64,000 nucleotides of DNA, from contig NMRA01000378.1 in assembly GCA_002633005.1 (NCBI GenBank), positions 372,618-436,617 on the forward strand. The letters run 5' to 3'. A program made the translations under genes and the position numbers. How positions within the stretch are numbered: the first letter of the stretch is position 1; each line of letters opens with the position of its first letter. This document shows positions 1-12,699 of the stretch, piece by piece. The notes beneath the pieces are model-generated. The model worked only from the letters and a program-made list of their open reading frames with translations. It was not told the DNA's origin and did no database searches. Origin of the DNA: Phoronis australis. Its lineage: Eukaryota > Animalia > Phoronida.

Positions 1-385
1 GAATTGGACTATTGGTGTGCGCCCTAGTGGCAGTTTTATTTTTTTTTACGTTTGCCTTAGTGTGTATCTTAATTGCTGTTCCTTAACAAATTTTAATGAA
101 ATGTGGCAAGTTGGTATCATTTGAAAAATGATGCCACCTTCATGTTTTCTAAGGGAATCGACGCATTTTGCGCCACTTACTGGCCATTTTTGTTATCTGC
201 ATGTTATTGGATGACCTGGGTCTGCACTCTTGAAGTGTTGGTTGGTTTACCCAATCAGGTCTGTGTCATCTCATAAGTTAATGAGTCAAAGAACTTGTGT
301 TATTGCTTGACGAGCCAGCATCAGAGTGTTAGAGCCTCTTCACTCCTCTTCACACTGACCTTGACCCTGTGTACTGTCCCTACAG

Positions 386-503
386 GAGCCCTGACCAACC
401 CTACCAGATGGCTGTGTTCACAGGCTATGACCAGGCCTACTACAGTCTACTCAACTCTATCAACAGGAGAAACGACACATTCTATGTTGTCTCATTTAAG
501 AGG
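386..503 (+). CDS. ATF6: ATF6 (ER-stress bZIP factor) internal exon, luminal domain: SPDQPYQMAVFTGYDQAYYSLLNSINRRNDTFYVVSFKR
   Basis: tacag acceptor and gtatgt donor; phase 2 in, phase 0 out; matches the recalled ATF6 motif IRRRGDTFYVVSFRR. Confidence 0.93.
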
Positions 504-995
504 GTATGTGCGCAGTGTGTCGCCACATTCTTTTATTCATAGTATCTTAATAAAATTCCTTTCCCAAATCATCAATTAGACACGCCGACTGCTAAGTAAT
601 AACATGTTCTCTGAAGGGCACTCTCAAATGATCCTATGACAGCTGTCCCAGTAAACGAGCTCCATCAAACAGTGAGAATGCAATTGATGCCAGGTTGTTT
701 TGTTGCACTGTAACTGACACATCAACAAGCTCATTTTGCCATCATGTTTCTTTTGAGTAGCAATTTCGGGTATATACTGAATCTTATGTCTGGAAATGAT
801 GTCAGCAGCTTGCGTAAGAAGGTCACAAGATGTGAATGTAGAGGTCATAATATTTGCATAGACTGGTTACAGTATTTGCATACAATCCACGATATTTGCA
901 TACAAAGGTTACGACATTGTGAGCTTGCTTATTTAAGTGCAAAGAACAGTAAAATAAACATTAAGTTTATCTTCTTGAATATGCTTTACTTTCAG

Positions 996-1080
996 GACCA
1001 GCTGTTGCTACCAGCAACAGCACACAATAAAACCATGAGGCCCAGGATGTCATTGGTTATGCCTGCCCTCAACTTAAACA
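996..1080 (+). CDS. ATF6: ATF6 penultimate exon: [28 protein letters not shown]
   Basis: tttcag/gtaagt; matches the recalled human [24 protein letters not shown]; phases join both neighbours. Confidence 0.95.
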
Positions 1081-1651
1081 GTAAGTCACATGATTGGATG
1101 TCTCATCGTATCCACTAGGTGGAGCCCCATTGTCTCACAGTTCCACTGTGTCACTGCTGTAGCCCGTGTGCAACTCTTCCCAGGTGCTGGGTAGTTGTAA
1201 TACAGCCAGTGGTGCTGTAGAACTGTGTCCACAATAGCACCTCATTTTGCCACTGGAATGGAATACACATTGCATTTGAATTCTAACGCAACGACAGGGC
1301 AGACTGTTACCTGTCTCAGCCAGCTGGTCAAGTCTTTTCAAACAACACACTTCACAGTGACAATAGTGAGTCAGTAGGAAGACAAAAGTGATTCTGGACT
1401 CAGATGAATTCAAACTTTACCCCCATCCTCGGTCACAATCGTTTTCGCTAAAATGCCACCGCCACCCACCGTCAAGGTTTTGCCGTTGACACAACAAGTT
1501 ATTCATTGGGAGGTGGCTGATACACTCCTGCTAAGTACAGTGTAGTTACTATGGTGCTACATGTTGCAAACATGTAATACATGACTGTGGATTTACAGGT
1601 TTGGTTAAAAATGAAGTGTGGTTATTATGCCCATCTCGGTCTATATTACAG

Positions 1652-1821
1652 CTACTATGCAGCCTCCTGTTGGCAGCCTGGCCATGATGCAGATAGACTG
1701 TGAGGTGATGGACACTAGATTGCTCTACCTGCGTGAGTCGGTGGTACCACAGCACATGAGAGACAACACCACTACACAGACCTGGGTCTCGCACAAGTAC
1801 AAGACTAGGGACCATCCTTGA
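1652..1821 (+). CDS. ATF6: ATF6 last coding exon: TTMQPPVGSLAMMQIDCEVMDTRLLYLRESVVPQHMRDNTTTQTWVSHKYKTRDHP*
   Basis: ttacag acceptor, phase 1; MMQIDCxVMDTR is the conserved ATF6 C-terminal motif. Confidence 0.95.
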
Positions 1822-2264
1822 CTGGAAATCATCCACGTGTCTCTGTTGTCTAAGTTGCTATGGCGCTACAGTTCAGATGTGTCGCAACTTTCCATCATGC
1901 AAAGCTGGCAACTGTGAAACAGTTTATCTTTAATGTACAGATTGCATTCAATTGTTTGTGGAAAAATGTGAGTTGTAGTAGGTTGTCTTTTTGGTTCTTG
2001 CCTGTTTGTGCCCTGAATTTTGAACATGGAATTTTATAGCTTAAACAGACAGTAAGTCTGACCATGAGATGACAAACGTGTTGTATCATAAACACTGTGT
2101 AATTGAATTGTTCGTGATGGAATATTCAGAATATTTGTTTTTGGTTTACAAGAGGGAACTGGTGCGTTAGAAACTGAAGCCATTATTTGGAACGCAGCAC
2201 ACTACATTCAATTGTTGCATCCTGTGTTAGCAACTTGTGTTTATTGCCATTTTACAGTGTTTTT

Positions 2265-2270
2265 AATAAA
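2265..2270 (+). terminator. Candidate polyadenylation signal of ATF6
   Basis: AATAAA followed by a GT-rich tract at ~2300-2345. Confidence 0.5.
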
Positions 2271-4592
2271 CATGTAACCTGTAGTTAACACGCATGTAAC
2301 CTGTGTTTTTGTGTGTCTGTGTTTTTGCGTGTTTGAATGTGTGCGCTATCTGTTGTACTTAGACCCCATTGAACAAAGAGAAAACTTAGTTTTAATTTGG
2401 ATTATAATGAAAACTGCCTGAAGATGGAGTTACTTATTAACGTCCTAGCGACTGACTTCTAGTCTGCACTTGACATTGTCTTGCTGCATGTTAAGTTAAT
2501 CTTTTCAAATGTTAGTGTATAGTTATAGTTATGTCCTGATTGATTGTTGTTGTGTTGGGTTAGGTAACTTACTGAACAACTGTTCATTATTTAAATGTAC
2601 GAAAAGACTTACGAACGGTGGCTCATTAAGTATTGGGATATTAAGTGAGCTGTCGGGAAGATGATTTGTGTGTGTTGTTGTGAGGGCATCTTTGTTACTT
2701 GTAACAGTTATGGCCTCTTCGTCTTCTGTATGTTGCTAAATGTGTGGAAATGGGGACCAAAATTGTCGTGTTGTTGTGAAAACTGCAACTATTTACTACA
2801 GTGTACGTGTATGTATTTATTCAAGCAATTGATTCACTGTCCTGTGCCTTTTTGGTGTCTGTTGTGGAGATAACTTTTGAAGCTGCGAGCTCTCCTTCAC
2901 CTGCCTTTGAATGGTTCAAGATAGGTGTCACTGCATTGCTAATGGCCGAATTATCACACAGGTACGATGGTGTCAAATTAATCGTGCGGCTATTTATGTA
3001 GTAAACTAAACTCAAGACTTTTCGACATATGACCTAGATATGATGAAAGTATTACTTATCAGTCATCTGTCAATGGTATTGGTACTGTACTCAGTAGACC
3101 TGTATTTACGGCAATGAGTATAGTAAAATTAAGTATTGTTTGTTTGTTGAAAAGGGTAATGTTACCATTCTATATTTTGTTTTTACATCTTTTGTTGCAA
3201 TGATATTCAAGCGTTGTAATGCGTTGGCTTCAATGACTGTGTATATTCATGGTATAAAAACATTTCTGGAACTACTGCGTCCAACGTAATTTGTAATAAT
3301 ATAGACTTGAAGAGTACCTTTTGGTCTGCCCCTCAACTAGTTGTGAGACGCGAGGTCACAAACATAAAAACCCCAGATACACCAATTTCTGAAGGAAAAG
3401 TTGCACAACTGCACAAAAGCAAGGTTTGCAGCTCCACCATTTGCCAAACAATGAGTAAAAAATACCTAGTATTGTTTTTGTTCATCTCGATTATTCGAGA
3501 TTTTCTTCAACCAAAATATAGCATCACTGACTCAATTTTCAAAAAAGACAAGAACTATTCTTTGGCCTTATTACTTATTCCAAAACTGCCGACTATGAAG
3601 TTTGCCACCCCCATTTCACAACTTGTCATTGCTCAAATTGTTTTATATTACTGGCGCACTGCGGTCACTCGACCTAACAACTTATCACTATTCTGCTCTT
3701 TTTTACGAGCTAATTACTGCATGATAAGTTGGCATGGCAAAAGGACATTTTTCACTCTGATTATTTTTAACATCGTGCACTGTTCATGTGCTGGACTGAC
3801 CTGCTGTGTAAACCTAACTGGGTTCAAGGCTTTTCATGTATGTCATGGTTAATTCATTGATGGTATGAGACATCAGATATTAGTCTCATCAATAGCATTG
3901 AACTTATGTGGCAGTGCAGACTGATGGTTTTTGCACAATGTACTGAGTAATGTATTCTTACATATGTGTTGTACAGTTGTTACCCAGTCATAGGCTACAT
4001 CAGGGGCTGTGTAATAAAAAGGGAGAAACAATAAAATTGTAAAATATATTAACTTATCATTTTATTATTTTGGACAAAGACTTTTGCCAATTTTTTTTCT
4101 TTTTCACTAAATTCTAACACTGTTCCGAATGTCAAAAATTTCTTAGAATCACCGTCTTAATATCTGTCACGATATAGTTTTTAAAAATCATAGAGCATTT
4201 ATTTGGTGTTAGTTATCTTTTACAAAAAATTAAATTACACGAGTCGGCCGTATTGTGTTCTAGATATTACAGTACTATTTATAACACACTCTCCACATGG
4301 ACCACAGAATACATAACTATACATTATATACATAGGTGTATGTACAGATTATAGACTGGCTTAGAAAAGAGGCTAAAAGCTTGCACCACTACACTGGCAA
4401 AAAAGGATAACAAAACCACAGAACCTTAAAAAATAATAAAAAACGATCTTGTAAACTTGCACAAGTGTGCACAAATACATAAAACAAAATAAAAGATAAT
4501 GAATGTCGTAAAACTTGTCATTGTAAACTCTAGTCACTGATGAAGCAACACCTTGTCAAGACTCGTCTTTGCATCAACCACAGTATTGTTGG

Positions 4593-4649
4593 TCATTCTG
4601 GAACAACTTCACCCAGCCATTTCAAATATGGAGGATTTCCATCGTTAAT
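4593..4649 (-). CDS. CUTA: CutA last exon: INDGNPPYLKWLGEVVPE*
   Basis: ttgcag acceptor; matches the CutA C-terminal GNxPYLxW motif; minus-strand AATAAA at 4198-4203 and 4061-4066. Confidence 0.93.
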   Translation of the reverse strand: MNDGNPPYLKWLGEVVPE

Positions 4650-5710
4650 CTGCAATGTCAAAAATGTGTTAAATACAGTTTCATAAAGCCGTTCCCTCTA
4701 GGATCTTTCAAATTCCACCTCAATTTATGAATCCCAAGCCCCCGTACTCGGACTCCCCCCAGCCCAACAACAGTGTCCGCACATATCATAACCACTACAC
4801 CCTTACAAGAGAACTAAGTAGCAGCACACCTGCCAAAATTCACAACAGTGAAAAAGCAGGGTGTGGTGCCTGACAAACAGCGTGGGAAATAGGGATAAAT
4901 CAGAAAAAGGGCAAAACTGCAGTTATAACAAATACGTCAATTTCACCCTTCATTTCAAAAATCAGAATACCATCATAGTTGATACAGAACAAAGACTCAA
5001 AAAGCGGGGCAGTCCTGTGAAAGCAGGACAGTTGGGAAATATAAAACCGTGTTTTGTTGCTTTAAACAAAATTGATTGCGTAACTTGCACCACTGTCCCT
5101 GAGAGATAAAAGCGGCAACATGATCTGTGCATAACGAAGTGAAGCATGTCATGTGACACAAGCGCCATCTTTCCACATACAATGATATTATTGTTCCAGC
5201 AGGTCAATGTTGTTTAGAACTTTCAAATTTGCTCAAATAGAGAATATTCGTTACTAAGAAATAGCTGATCTGGAAGTGATGACATGTGTTCATTACGTAA
5301 TTTGGAGTACGAACTAATGACAAGAATGTTCACTCAAAACAGCATAATCTGGCAACAGAGGGAACCACTACTGCACCCAGTTGTGAATCAATTCCGTTGA
5401 GACTATGGACGAAACCGCTGTACACTTTACACGTCACGGTATGGTTCTTATGGTTCCAAAAGGGATCTTTACTCACAATACTTTTATTATTTAAATTGAA
5501 CCCAGTAATACACACAGTCTCAAAAACAAAACAGGTTTAGCATTTGCGTAGGTAGAGATTTGTGTGAAATGAACAGTGTTGTGAGAATTTTACACTCAGT
5601 GGACAACTTAGACCTGTCCTGTTCTACACAGTGACAGCAATGGTTTCCTACTGGGCATTTGACAAAAGAGCTTTCACTTGGTTTCAGAAGCAATACATTC
5701 AATGACTTAC

Positions 5711-5753
5711 TAGTGTCGACGTCACTTGGCAGACATCATACGGATGGTTCTTA
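5711..5753 (-). CDS. CUTA: CutA exon: (S)KNHPYDVCQVTSTL
   Basis: tttcag/gtaagt; HPY[DE]V CutA signature; phase 2 in, phase 0 out. Confidence 0.93.
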
Positions 5754-6052
5754 CTGAAAGGGATGAACAAGTTCAGAATAGATTAATTATGCGATGATCC
5801 ACACATGAGGAGCCCAACATTCTTTATGTATTGAAGTAACCTACAGTGTTCACCCGAGTTAACGCCCATCATATAGTTTCCACTTTTAGACCCCTCCATC
5901 AACATGGATTGGTCCCTTCACACCTCCTCTCACATCAGCCTGAATCAACCATACAAGAATACACTCCCACCTCCAGCTAAACCCCTGGACAACACAAATA
6001 ACATTAAAGTAATCGTTTCCAAAATTAAAATTCCTTTAATAATTTTACTAAC

Positions 6053-6102
6053 CTGACTAAGTCTGCCAACTGCTTCACCTTGCTTGTCCTGGTTTTGACA
6101 AC
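6053..6102 (-). CDS. CUTA: CutA exon: VVKTRTSKVKQLADLV(S)
   Basis: cttcag/gttagt; phases fit; resembles the recalled MIKTQSSLVPALTDFVR. Confidence 0.9.
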
Positions 6103-6129
6103 CTGAAGAGAATTGGGCACATTAGAAAC

Positions 6130-6380
6130 ACATGCAGGCTGGACAGACAGGCTGGAAGGCTGAACAGGCAGACTAGACAGACAGGCTGGATGGGTAGGCT
6201 GAACAGGCAGACTAGACAAACAGGCAGGATGGGTAGACTGAACAGGCAGACTAGACGAACAGGTAGGAGGGACAGGCTGAACAGACAGACTAGACTGACA
6301 GGCTAGATGGGTAGACTGAACAGGCAGACTAGACAAACAGGCAGGATGGGTAGACTGAACAGACAGACTAAACAGACATA
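6130..6380. repeat. Intronic minisatellite, ~38-bp degenerate unit (ggatgggtagactgaacaggcagactagac...)
   Basis: Repeated tgaacaggcagactagac blocks; produces the spurious SSLPVQ ORF. Confidence 0.85.
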
Positions 6381-6583
6381 CCTCCTCTGACTAACATCCA
6401 CCTTACAGACACTACACACCTACATGTAGGACTCATGAAAACACTGAAACAGTCACCAGACATGTCCATGTCACTTTTGCCTTGTATTAACAGTGAAATA
6501 TTAGCAATGCATCACCTTCAGTTGCTAAATATTCATTGTCGTTAGTTCTTGAAGCAAACAATGTGAGGTGCAACAGATCTTAC

Positions 6584-6629
6584 CAACATAAGCTCGTTGT
6601 CTTCTTCGATTTTACTTTCCCACTCATAT
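6584..6629 (-). CDS. CUTA: CutA exon: YEWESKIEEDNELML
   Basis: tttcag/gtaaga; matches the CutA YEWKGKIEEDSE motif. Confidence 0.93.
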
Positions 6630-6790
6630 CTGAAACATAATGAGTTGAATAATTTGATAATGTTACCAAGCAACAAAATACAATGGGATCTAAGATCACA
6701 GAACACAGTCATGTTTTACTCAACTGGGTTTAAGTTGAATACTAATAACCTTGCGGCCAGAGGCACACTGCTGCAATGTACGTATGCCTT

Positions 6791-9360
6791 TTAAGAATGA
6801 TTCCATATAAAAACCATATGAAAATGAAAAATCACAATATACTAAAAAATTCATACAGAACTAATATTTTGTGCATGTTTTGGGATGCTGGCCCAAAGTG
6901 CACTGCACTCGATGACCTTTGGTTAGTGAGATATGACCTATTTGGCTATAAAAGCATATTTTGCATTTTTTCATGTCACTTTTGGAACGGCAAAAGATCA
7001 AACTTGGAAAACTGGTGACAAAGTTTGACATTGGTGGTCATAACGACACATGTAAAGTTGGTAAGAAAATGAAATTTGAAACTCATAGGTACATTTAAAT
7101 TTTCAGCAGGGGAGAAAACTCCAAGACCACTTTTCAGGCCAGTCACAAGTGGCAAGATGTTGCTTAACCTGCCTGCTATATCGGAATATATTTGAAGTTG
7201 AAATTCTCTTTGTAGACACTTCTAAGATTGAACGTTGATAATTTCTTTTAAAAAAACTTGTCTCTTATATATTTAGTATTAAACGTGGCCCTCGAATTTG
7301 GGCATTTTTGTGATGTGGCCTTACTCTGACTGACAAGAGAACTGAGGCTACTCTTTTAGTTTAGAGATATCACCTAAAATATGTGATCTAATAACAACAA
7401 TGCAATATCACAAAACTTTAAGTTTCACTTTTGAGACCCCAATTTTCTGAAACACTCTGTTTAACTTTACCAATAGCACTTAAGGGTTCGAAATTACATG
7501 CACTACCTAGTGGCAGTTTTGTTTCTTGTAGCGTCCATGCATGGCTGTTTCTACTAAACCCATTGTAGGATCTATATTAAATTTAGCAAGTGTATTAATG
7601 AAGTTGACAGCGGAAGACGACAACAACTTTCAGACAGATCCAACAAAAACAAATGCTGTGCTCTCTAGAGGCAATTTCATTAGTGGCAGTCTCGTTTTTT
7701 GCACCCATAGCTGTATTTCCTAAACCCACTGCAGGATCTTGATTAATTTTAGTAAAGAAGTGTATTTATGTGAAGTTAACAACGGACGACAATGACTTTT
7801 CAATGAATCTGTGCCCCCTAGTCGCAGTTTCATTTTTTTGTTTTCCTTTTTTACTTCTAAGTTCCTAGACGGATTTTTTTTAATTGATTTGGTAAATAGC
7901 TTTCTATTAAAGAAAAAAGATATGTTCCCGTTTTGGGATGGATTCGACGTATTTTGCGGTTTTTTGAAGTGTGTGGAAATGCATCATACACTAAACCTAG
8001 CAAACCTTCAAAAAACTGTGGTTTTGAGTCCGCAGCTTCAACGGAATTTACATAATGTGAAACTTTTAGCTGGTAAGTCGCAACAACACCCAATTGTTTA
8101 AATACTGGTTTAGAAAGCCGGTAACTTGGATGTCACTGTAAGTATTATGTTTTCAATAGTAAATATCCGTACCTGATATTTTTCTGAAATTGCAAATTCC
8201 ATTGGCGCACTGTCACCATGCTCGGCCGCTTTTGTGTAGTACAAGAAGCATTGCGTGACCCTTTGTATGTCCAATAACACGACACTTCTGCTCGTATCTA
8301 CCATCCTCTTTTCACTTGTGATCTCAAAGATCTTGATTAGTTTTGGTATGAACTTTGCTAATAGTTCGAGAGGACTTTTTCAAGCGCATATACAGGGACT
8401 TGACCAGGAGGTCTGAAAATGGACCAGCATGCACTGCAGGCAGTGCGTGGGATTCTTAGTCCATTACGGTGTTCAAAAACTGACCGAGCAAGGGGGAATG
8501 GGCACCCTTAATAAGAATAAAACCTGCTTCTCTGAAGTACGAGATGGTGATGGGGGTTGTATTATTAACTCATCAGTACATTAAAATTGACTTTTTTGAG
8601 TTCTGTAATCCTATAATAGATTTTTATTTTTGCAACAGCAAAACTGAAAATCCGCGAAGAAAAAATCTCTCATACAGCTTCCCAAGATCTCCTTCGTCAC
8701 TGATGTAGCAAAACGAATGATATTTGTTCTATTTGGCATCTTGGTCGATAGATAATTGCACAATCGTGTAGTGCGTCCTAGAGACTTTTAATCTGACAGT
8801 TACAGATTGGCAGAAAAATATGTGAGTTGTGTAAAAACATGACCGCACAAAACTATGAAAGAGACTGAAGATATTTTATTCTTGCATTGGGCTGAACAAG
8901 GACAGCAGTAACAGATGGATGTTAACTCATGTTCCAAAAGAATCCGATATAGATTTAGGAGAGCGATAAAAATGCGTAAAAATGGCCTTAATAATAAGCA
9001 GTGGAAATGACATTTTTGTAAGCTAAAATGGGAGGACATGAAAAATCGATAAATACATTCGAACTAATTTTTCTTGTGTGTTATTCTTTCTTCTTTCTGC
9101 TATATAGTTATTTTTTCAATAGCCTGAATCGATGATGTGTTGTTGCTGACAAAAAGTCACCTTGTTCCCAGTATTTTCATTTGCTATTTTTCAGAAAAAG
9201 TACAAAGTGGTCATAAAAAGGGTTAAAAAAAACTTAGAAACTCTTAAAAAATCAGGCTCAGGTTTCTTTTGACAAGGCCAGCTGATGTGCTAAGTTTCAA
9301 AAAAATGGTGATTTTGCATATATAGCCTACCATCTGGTTTTTATATGGAATTGCTCTTAA
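6791..9360. mobile_element. Non-autonomous TTAA-flanked DNA transposon (~2.6 kb) in a CUTA intron
   Basis: Imperfect ~30-bp TIRs: ttaagaatgattccatataaaaaccatatg ... catctggtttttatatggaattgctcttaa. Confidence 0.7.
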
Positions 9361-9796
9361 TCTTTTTGTGCGCTTATGGAATGTCTCTGTCTATTTAATT
9401 GATTATAATAGGAATCATCTTAATTTCAGTGAATGTCTGACTGGCTTAAGGCCAGAATAGGTGATACGTAAATTGAAATCACAAGAACACAGTAGTGTAG
9501 ATTGCTTCATAGCTCAACTCAAAGATAATGCGTAACTTCAAAAAGTANNNNNNNNNNNNNNNNNNNNNNNNNNNNNNNNNNNNNNNNNNNNNNNNNNNNN
9601 NNNNNNNNNNNNNNNNNNNNNNNNNNNNNNNNNNNNNNNNNNNNNNNNNNNNNNNNNNNNNNNNNNNNNNNNNNNNNNNNNNNNNNNNNNNNNNNNNNNN
9701 NNNNNNNNNNNNNNNNNNNNNNNNNNNNNNNNNNNNNNNNNNNNNNNNNNNNNNNNNNNNNNNNNNNNNNNNNNNNNNNNNNNNNNNNNNNNNNNN

Positions 9797-10071
9797 AGTT
9801 ACGTAGAGTAAATAGTTGGCACGTTATGTTAAATTGAGTGCAATCTACACTATCCCACTGTAAGTTACGTAGAGTAAATAGTTGGCACGTTATGTTAAAT
9901 TGAGTACAATCTACACTATCCCACTGTAAGTTACGTAGAGTAAATAGTTGGCACGTTATGTTAAATTGAGTACAATTTACACTATCCCACTGTAAGTTAC
10001 GTAGAGTAAATAGTTGGCACGTTATGTTAAATTGAGTGCAATCTACACTATCCCACTGTAAGTTACGTAGA
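9797..10071 (-). repeat. 66-bp minisatellite, ~4 units, reverse orientation
   Basis: Reverse complement of the unit at 10650-11345. Confidence 0.95.
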
Positions 10072-10189
10072 GTATTTAACCAGTGAAATAGACACAACAC
10101 GCCACACCACGTGTGCTCATAATGTACTAGACAGTGCATTCACTTGTTACTGGATGTCATGTGTTGTGTCTATTTCACTGGTTAAATAC
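10072..10189. mobile_element. Tiny MITE/hairpin with 29-bp perfect TIRs
   Basis: gtatttaaccagtgaaatagacacaacac ... gtgttgtgtctatttcactggttaaatac. Confidence 0.8.
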
Positions 10190-10649
10190 ATTTGATTTGG
10201 GATGAACTTAAAGTGGCACTTGTCTCTGTGACTGCTTGGCTAAATTAGTTAGAAACAAAACATAGCGACGACGTGAATATGAAGCAGGTCGAACACTGCC
10301 AAATACTTTTTAGAAATAGTTTAGTGGCAAAAAAAGATCAGCTGCATCACTGAACTGTGACAAGTAGGTATCGTAACGTGGTGCTGGAGCATGACATTGG
10401 ATGATGCGGGCTATATCAGCCTGTGATGTACGTCATTAGTGCAGAGGTCACCCATGCATTTGCAGATTTTTTCACATCCACAAGTTGTCAATGAATACAA
10501 AGCTGCACTTTGTTTAGCGTAGATTAAGTTACAATAGCATTGTCATTTAGTTCCTGCTATACATTAGCAGAGTTAGGAGCACGCAAATACATCTTCCATG
10601 TGGTGTAGTGTGGAGTCTACACAACTTACTGTGGAGTAGTGTACAACGT

Positions 10650-11345
10650 AAGTGGGGTAGTGTAGATTGCACTCAATTTAACATAACGTGCCAACTATTT
10701 ACTCTATGTAACTTACAGTGGGATAATGTAGATTGCACTAGATTTAACATAACGTGCAAACTATTTACTCTATGTAACTTACAGTGGGATAGTGTAGATT
10801 GCACTCAATTTAACATAACGTGCCAACTATTTACTCTACGTAACTTACAGTGGGATAGTGTAGATTGCACTCAATTTAACATAACGTGCAAACTATTTAC
10901 TCTATGTAACTTACAGTGGGGTAGTGAAGATTAAACTCTATTTAACATAACGTGCCAACTATTTACTCTACGTAACTTACTGTGGGATAGTGTAGATTGC
11001 ACTCAATTTAACATAACGTGCCAACTATTTACTCTATGTAACTTACAGTGGGGTAATGAAGATTGCACTCAATTTAACATAACGTGCCAACTATTTACTC
11101 TACGTAACTTACTGTGGGATAGTGTAGATTGCACTCAATTTAACATAACGTGCCAACTATTTACTCTATGTAACTTACAGTGGGGTAATGAAGATTGCAC
11201 TCAATTTAACATAACATGCACAACTATTTACTCTACGTAACTTACTGTGGGGTAGTGTAGATTGCACTCAATTTAACATAACGTGCACAACTATTTACTC
11301 TACGTAACTTACTGTGGGATAGTGTAGATTGCACTCAATTTAACA
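10650..11345 (+). repeat. 66-bp minisatellite, ~10 units (tagtgtagattgcactcaatttaacataacgtgccaactatttactctacgtaacttacagtggga)
   Basis: 66-nt periodicity; 22-aa repeat in the ORF track. Confidence 0.97.
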
Positions 11346-11351
11346 ACTTAC

Positions 11352-11512
11352 TGAGCAAGTGTCTTGGCAACATGCAAATCAGGAGCTGTGATGAAAGCAA
11401 CTGAGAACTCCCCCGGCATCGCTGCAGATGTCATAGCTGCCACACTGGAATAGACCCGTCGAATTATATAGCCAACCAGAGGCATGGAAAGCACACTGAT
11501 GCACAAAAGGAT
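11352..11512 (-). CDS. CUTA: CutA exon 2: ILLCISVLSMPLVGYIIRRVYSSVAAMTSAAMPGEFSVAFITAPDLHVAKTLA
   Basis: ttttgtag/gtaagt; PGxxSxAFxTxP..VAKxxA N-terminal CutA motif preceded by a hydrophobic segment. Confidence 0.92.
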
Positions 11513-12469
11513 CTACAAAAATAACAAACATATACTTCTCATAAACCATCTGAGGCAATTGTACCAGCTGTGGTATACCGTGCCTCCCGTTCAGTAATTC
11601 TAGAACCTCGCTAAAAATCAAGACTTCACAAGATTATGTGAGATACTGCCGTGTACTTTAAATGAGAACAATTGACTTTGACTAGATTTAAGCTAGGTCC
11701 TAGCGTTGGTCCTAGCGTCTACTGAACGCACGCCTGAATAAAAGTTATTTACTTAAAAATACAGTGAATACCATCAAAAGAATCACACATTGACAAGCAA
11801 TTACTACATAATCAGGGCTTGGCATAACGAGCTGCAGGTCACATTTGCGACCCGAAATTTGGAAATGCGAGCTTAGATTTTTTCCAGTTAGTATCAAGTC
11901 GCAAAATGCGACCTAGAATTTCCAATGTATGCCAGCTGAGTTTTTACACTTCTTGGCAGATACTAGGCAAATATAAAGCAACTTGTGTGAATCTGACCGT
12001 AATGTGCTTGTTGCCAAATCAAGATCAAAAGAACACTACGCGAAAACAGCCCTCCAGATGCCTTGCAAGCATGTCGTGTGAACATGAGATAATGCAGATT
12101 CGATCTTTGACGTGTTTCATTAGCTAACATTTTCGGCTACGTTTGCAAATATCCGGATGTGTCGAAGAAAGTTTCTGACCACGGTGTTAAAACGTCACAA
12201 AACAGCGGAGTTTCTACTCTTAGACGATCAACTTGCCAAAGTTTGTGGTGGAAGCCTATTTATTTTTGACGGAAGATGTCCTAATTATCAAATATCCTGA
12301 ACTGGTAAACAAAAGTGATTCAGTGCAATGCAAGGGTGACCAAGAATTACACAAGCATCTATAATGTGCTAGTAAGTAAGCAAGCAAGCAAGTGCATGAT
12401 TATCATAAAACCTTACACAAGCAGACCTTGCGATCATGTGCTACACACGACACCCTTGCAAACGCTTAC

Positions 12470-12640
12470 AAGCACAGCGACACCTAACGGATCTTTTCTG
12501 CTCTCGAACTTAGCGTTGCTGTGCGTGAACTTGGAATCTTGCTTAAAAGGTTCCTTAGTACAATAACATGCATTTTTAATGAAATTTAATTGATGAATCA
12601 AGTCTATATCAGAAATTACATCTGTGTTACTATTTCCCAT
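12470..12640 (-). CDS. CUTA: Probable CutA exon 1 (57 codons, MGNSNT...KDPLGVAVL)
   Basis: ATG at 12640, open frame to a gtaagc donor, phase 0 joining exon 2 and extending the hydrophobic stretch; the start codon is uncertain. Confidence 0.55.
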
Positions 12641-12674
12641 TTTTGTAAAAAAGTGTTTTCCAATGATAATTCCT

Positions 12675-12699
12675 ATTGGCTAACGCGTGTCTGACGTCA
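12675..12699 (-). promoter_or_regulatory. Candidate CUTA promoter: CCAAT box (12675-12679) and perfect CRE TGACGTCA (12692-12699)
   Basis: Motifs directly upstream of exon 1. Confidence 0.5.

Noticed and set aside
5845-5939. AG/GT-bounded minus-strand segment ending ...GEH, resembling a protease exon
   Set aside because: Two in-frame TGA stops; the CUTA exons on either side join perfectly without it
7169-8412. Exon-like minus-strand frames (KCLQREF..., MVDTSRS...) that fit by phase onto CUTA
   Set aside because: They lie inside the 6791-9360 transposon and show no CutA similarity
10650-11345. 66-bp array as a CRISPR array or repeat protein
   Set aside because: No unique spacers, eukaryotic intron context; the ORFs are by-products of a unit length divisible by 3
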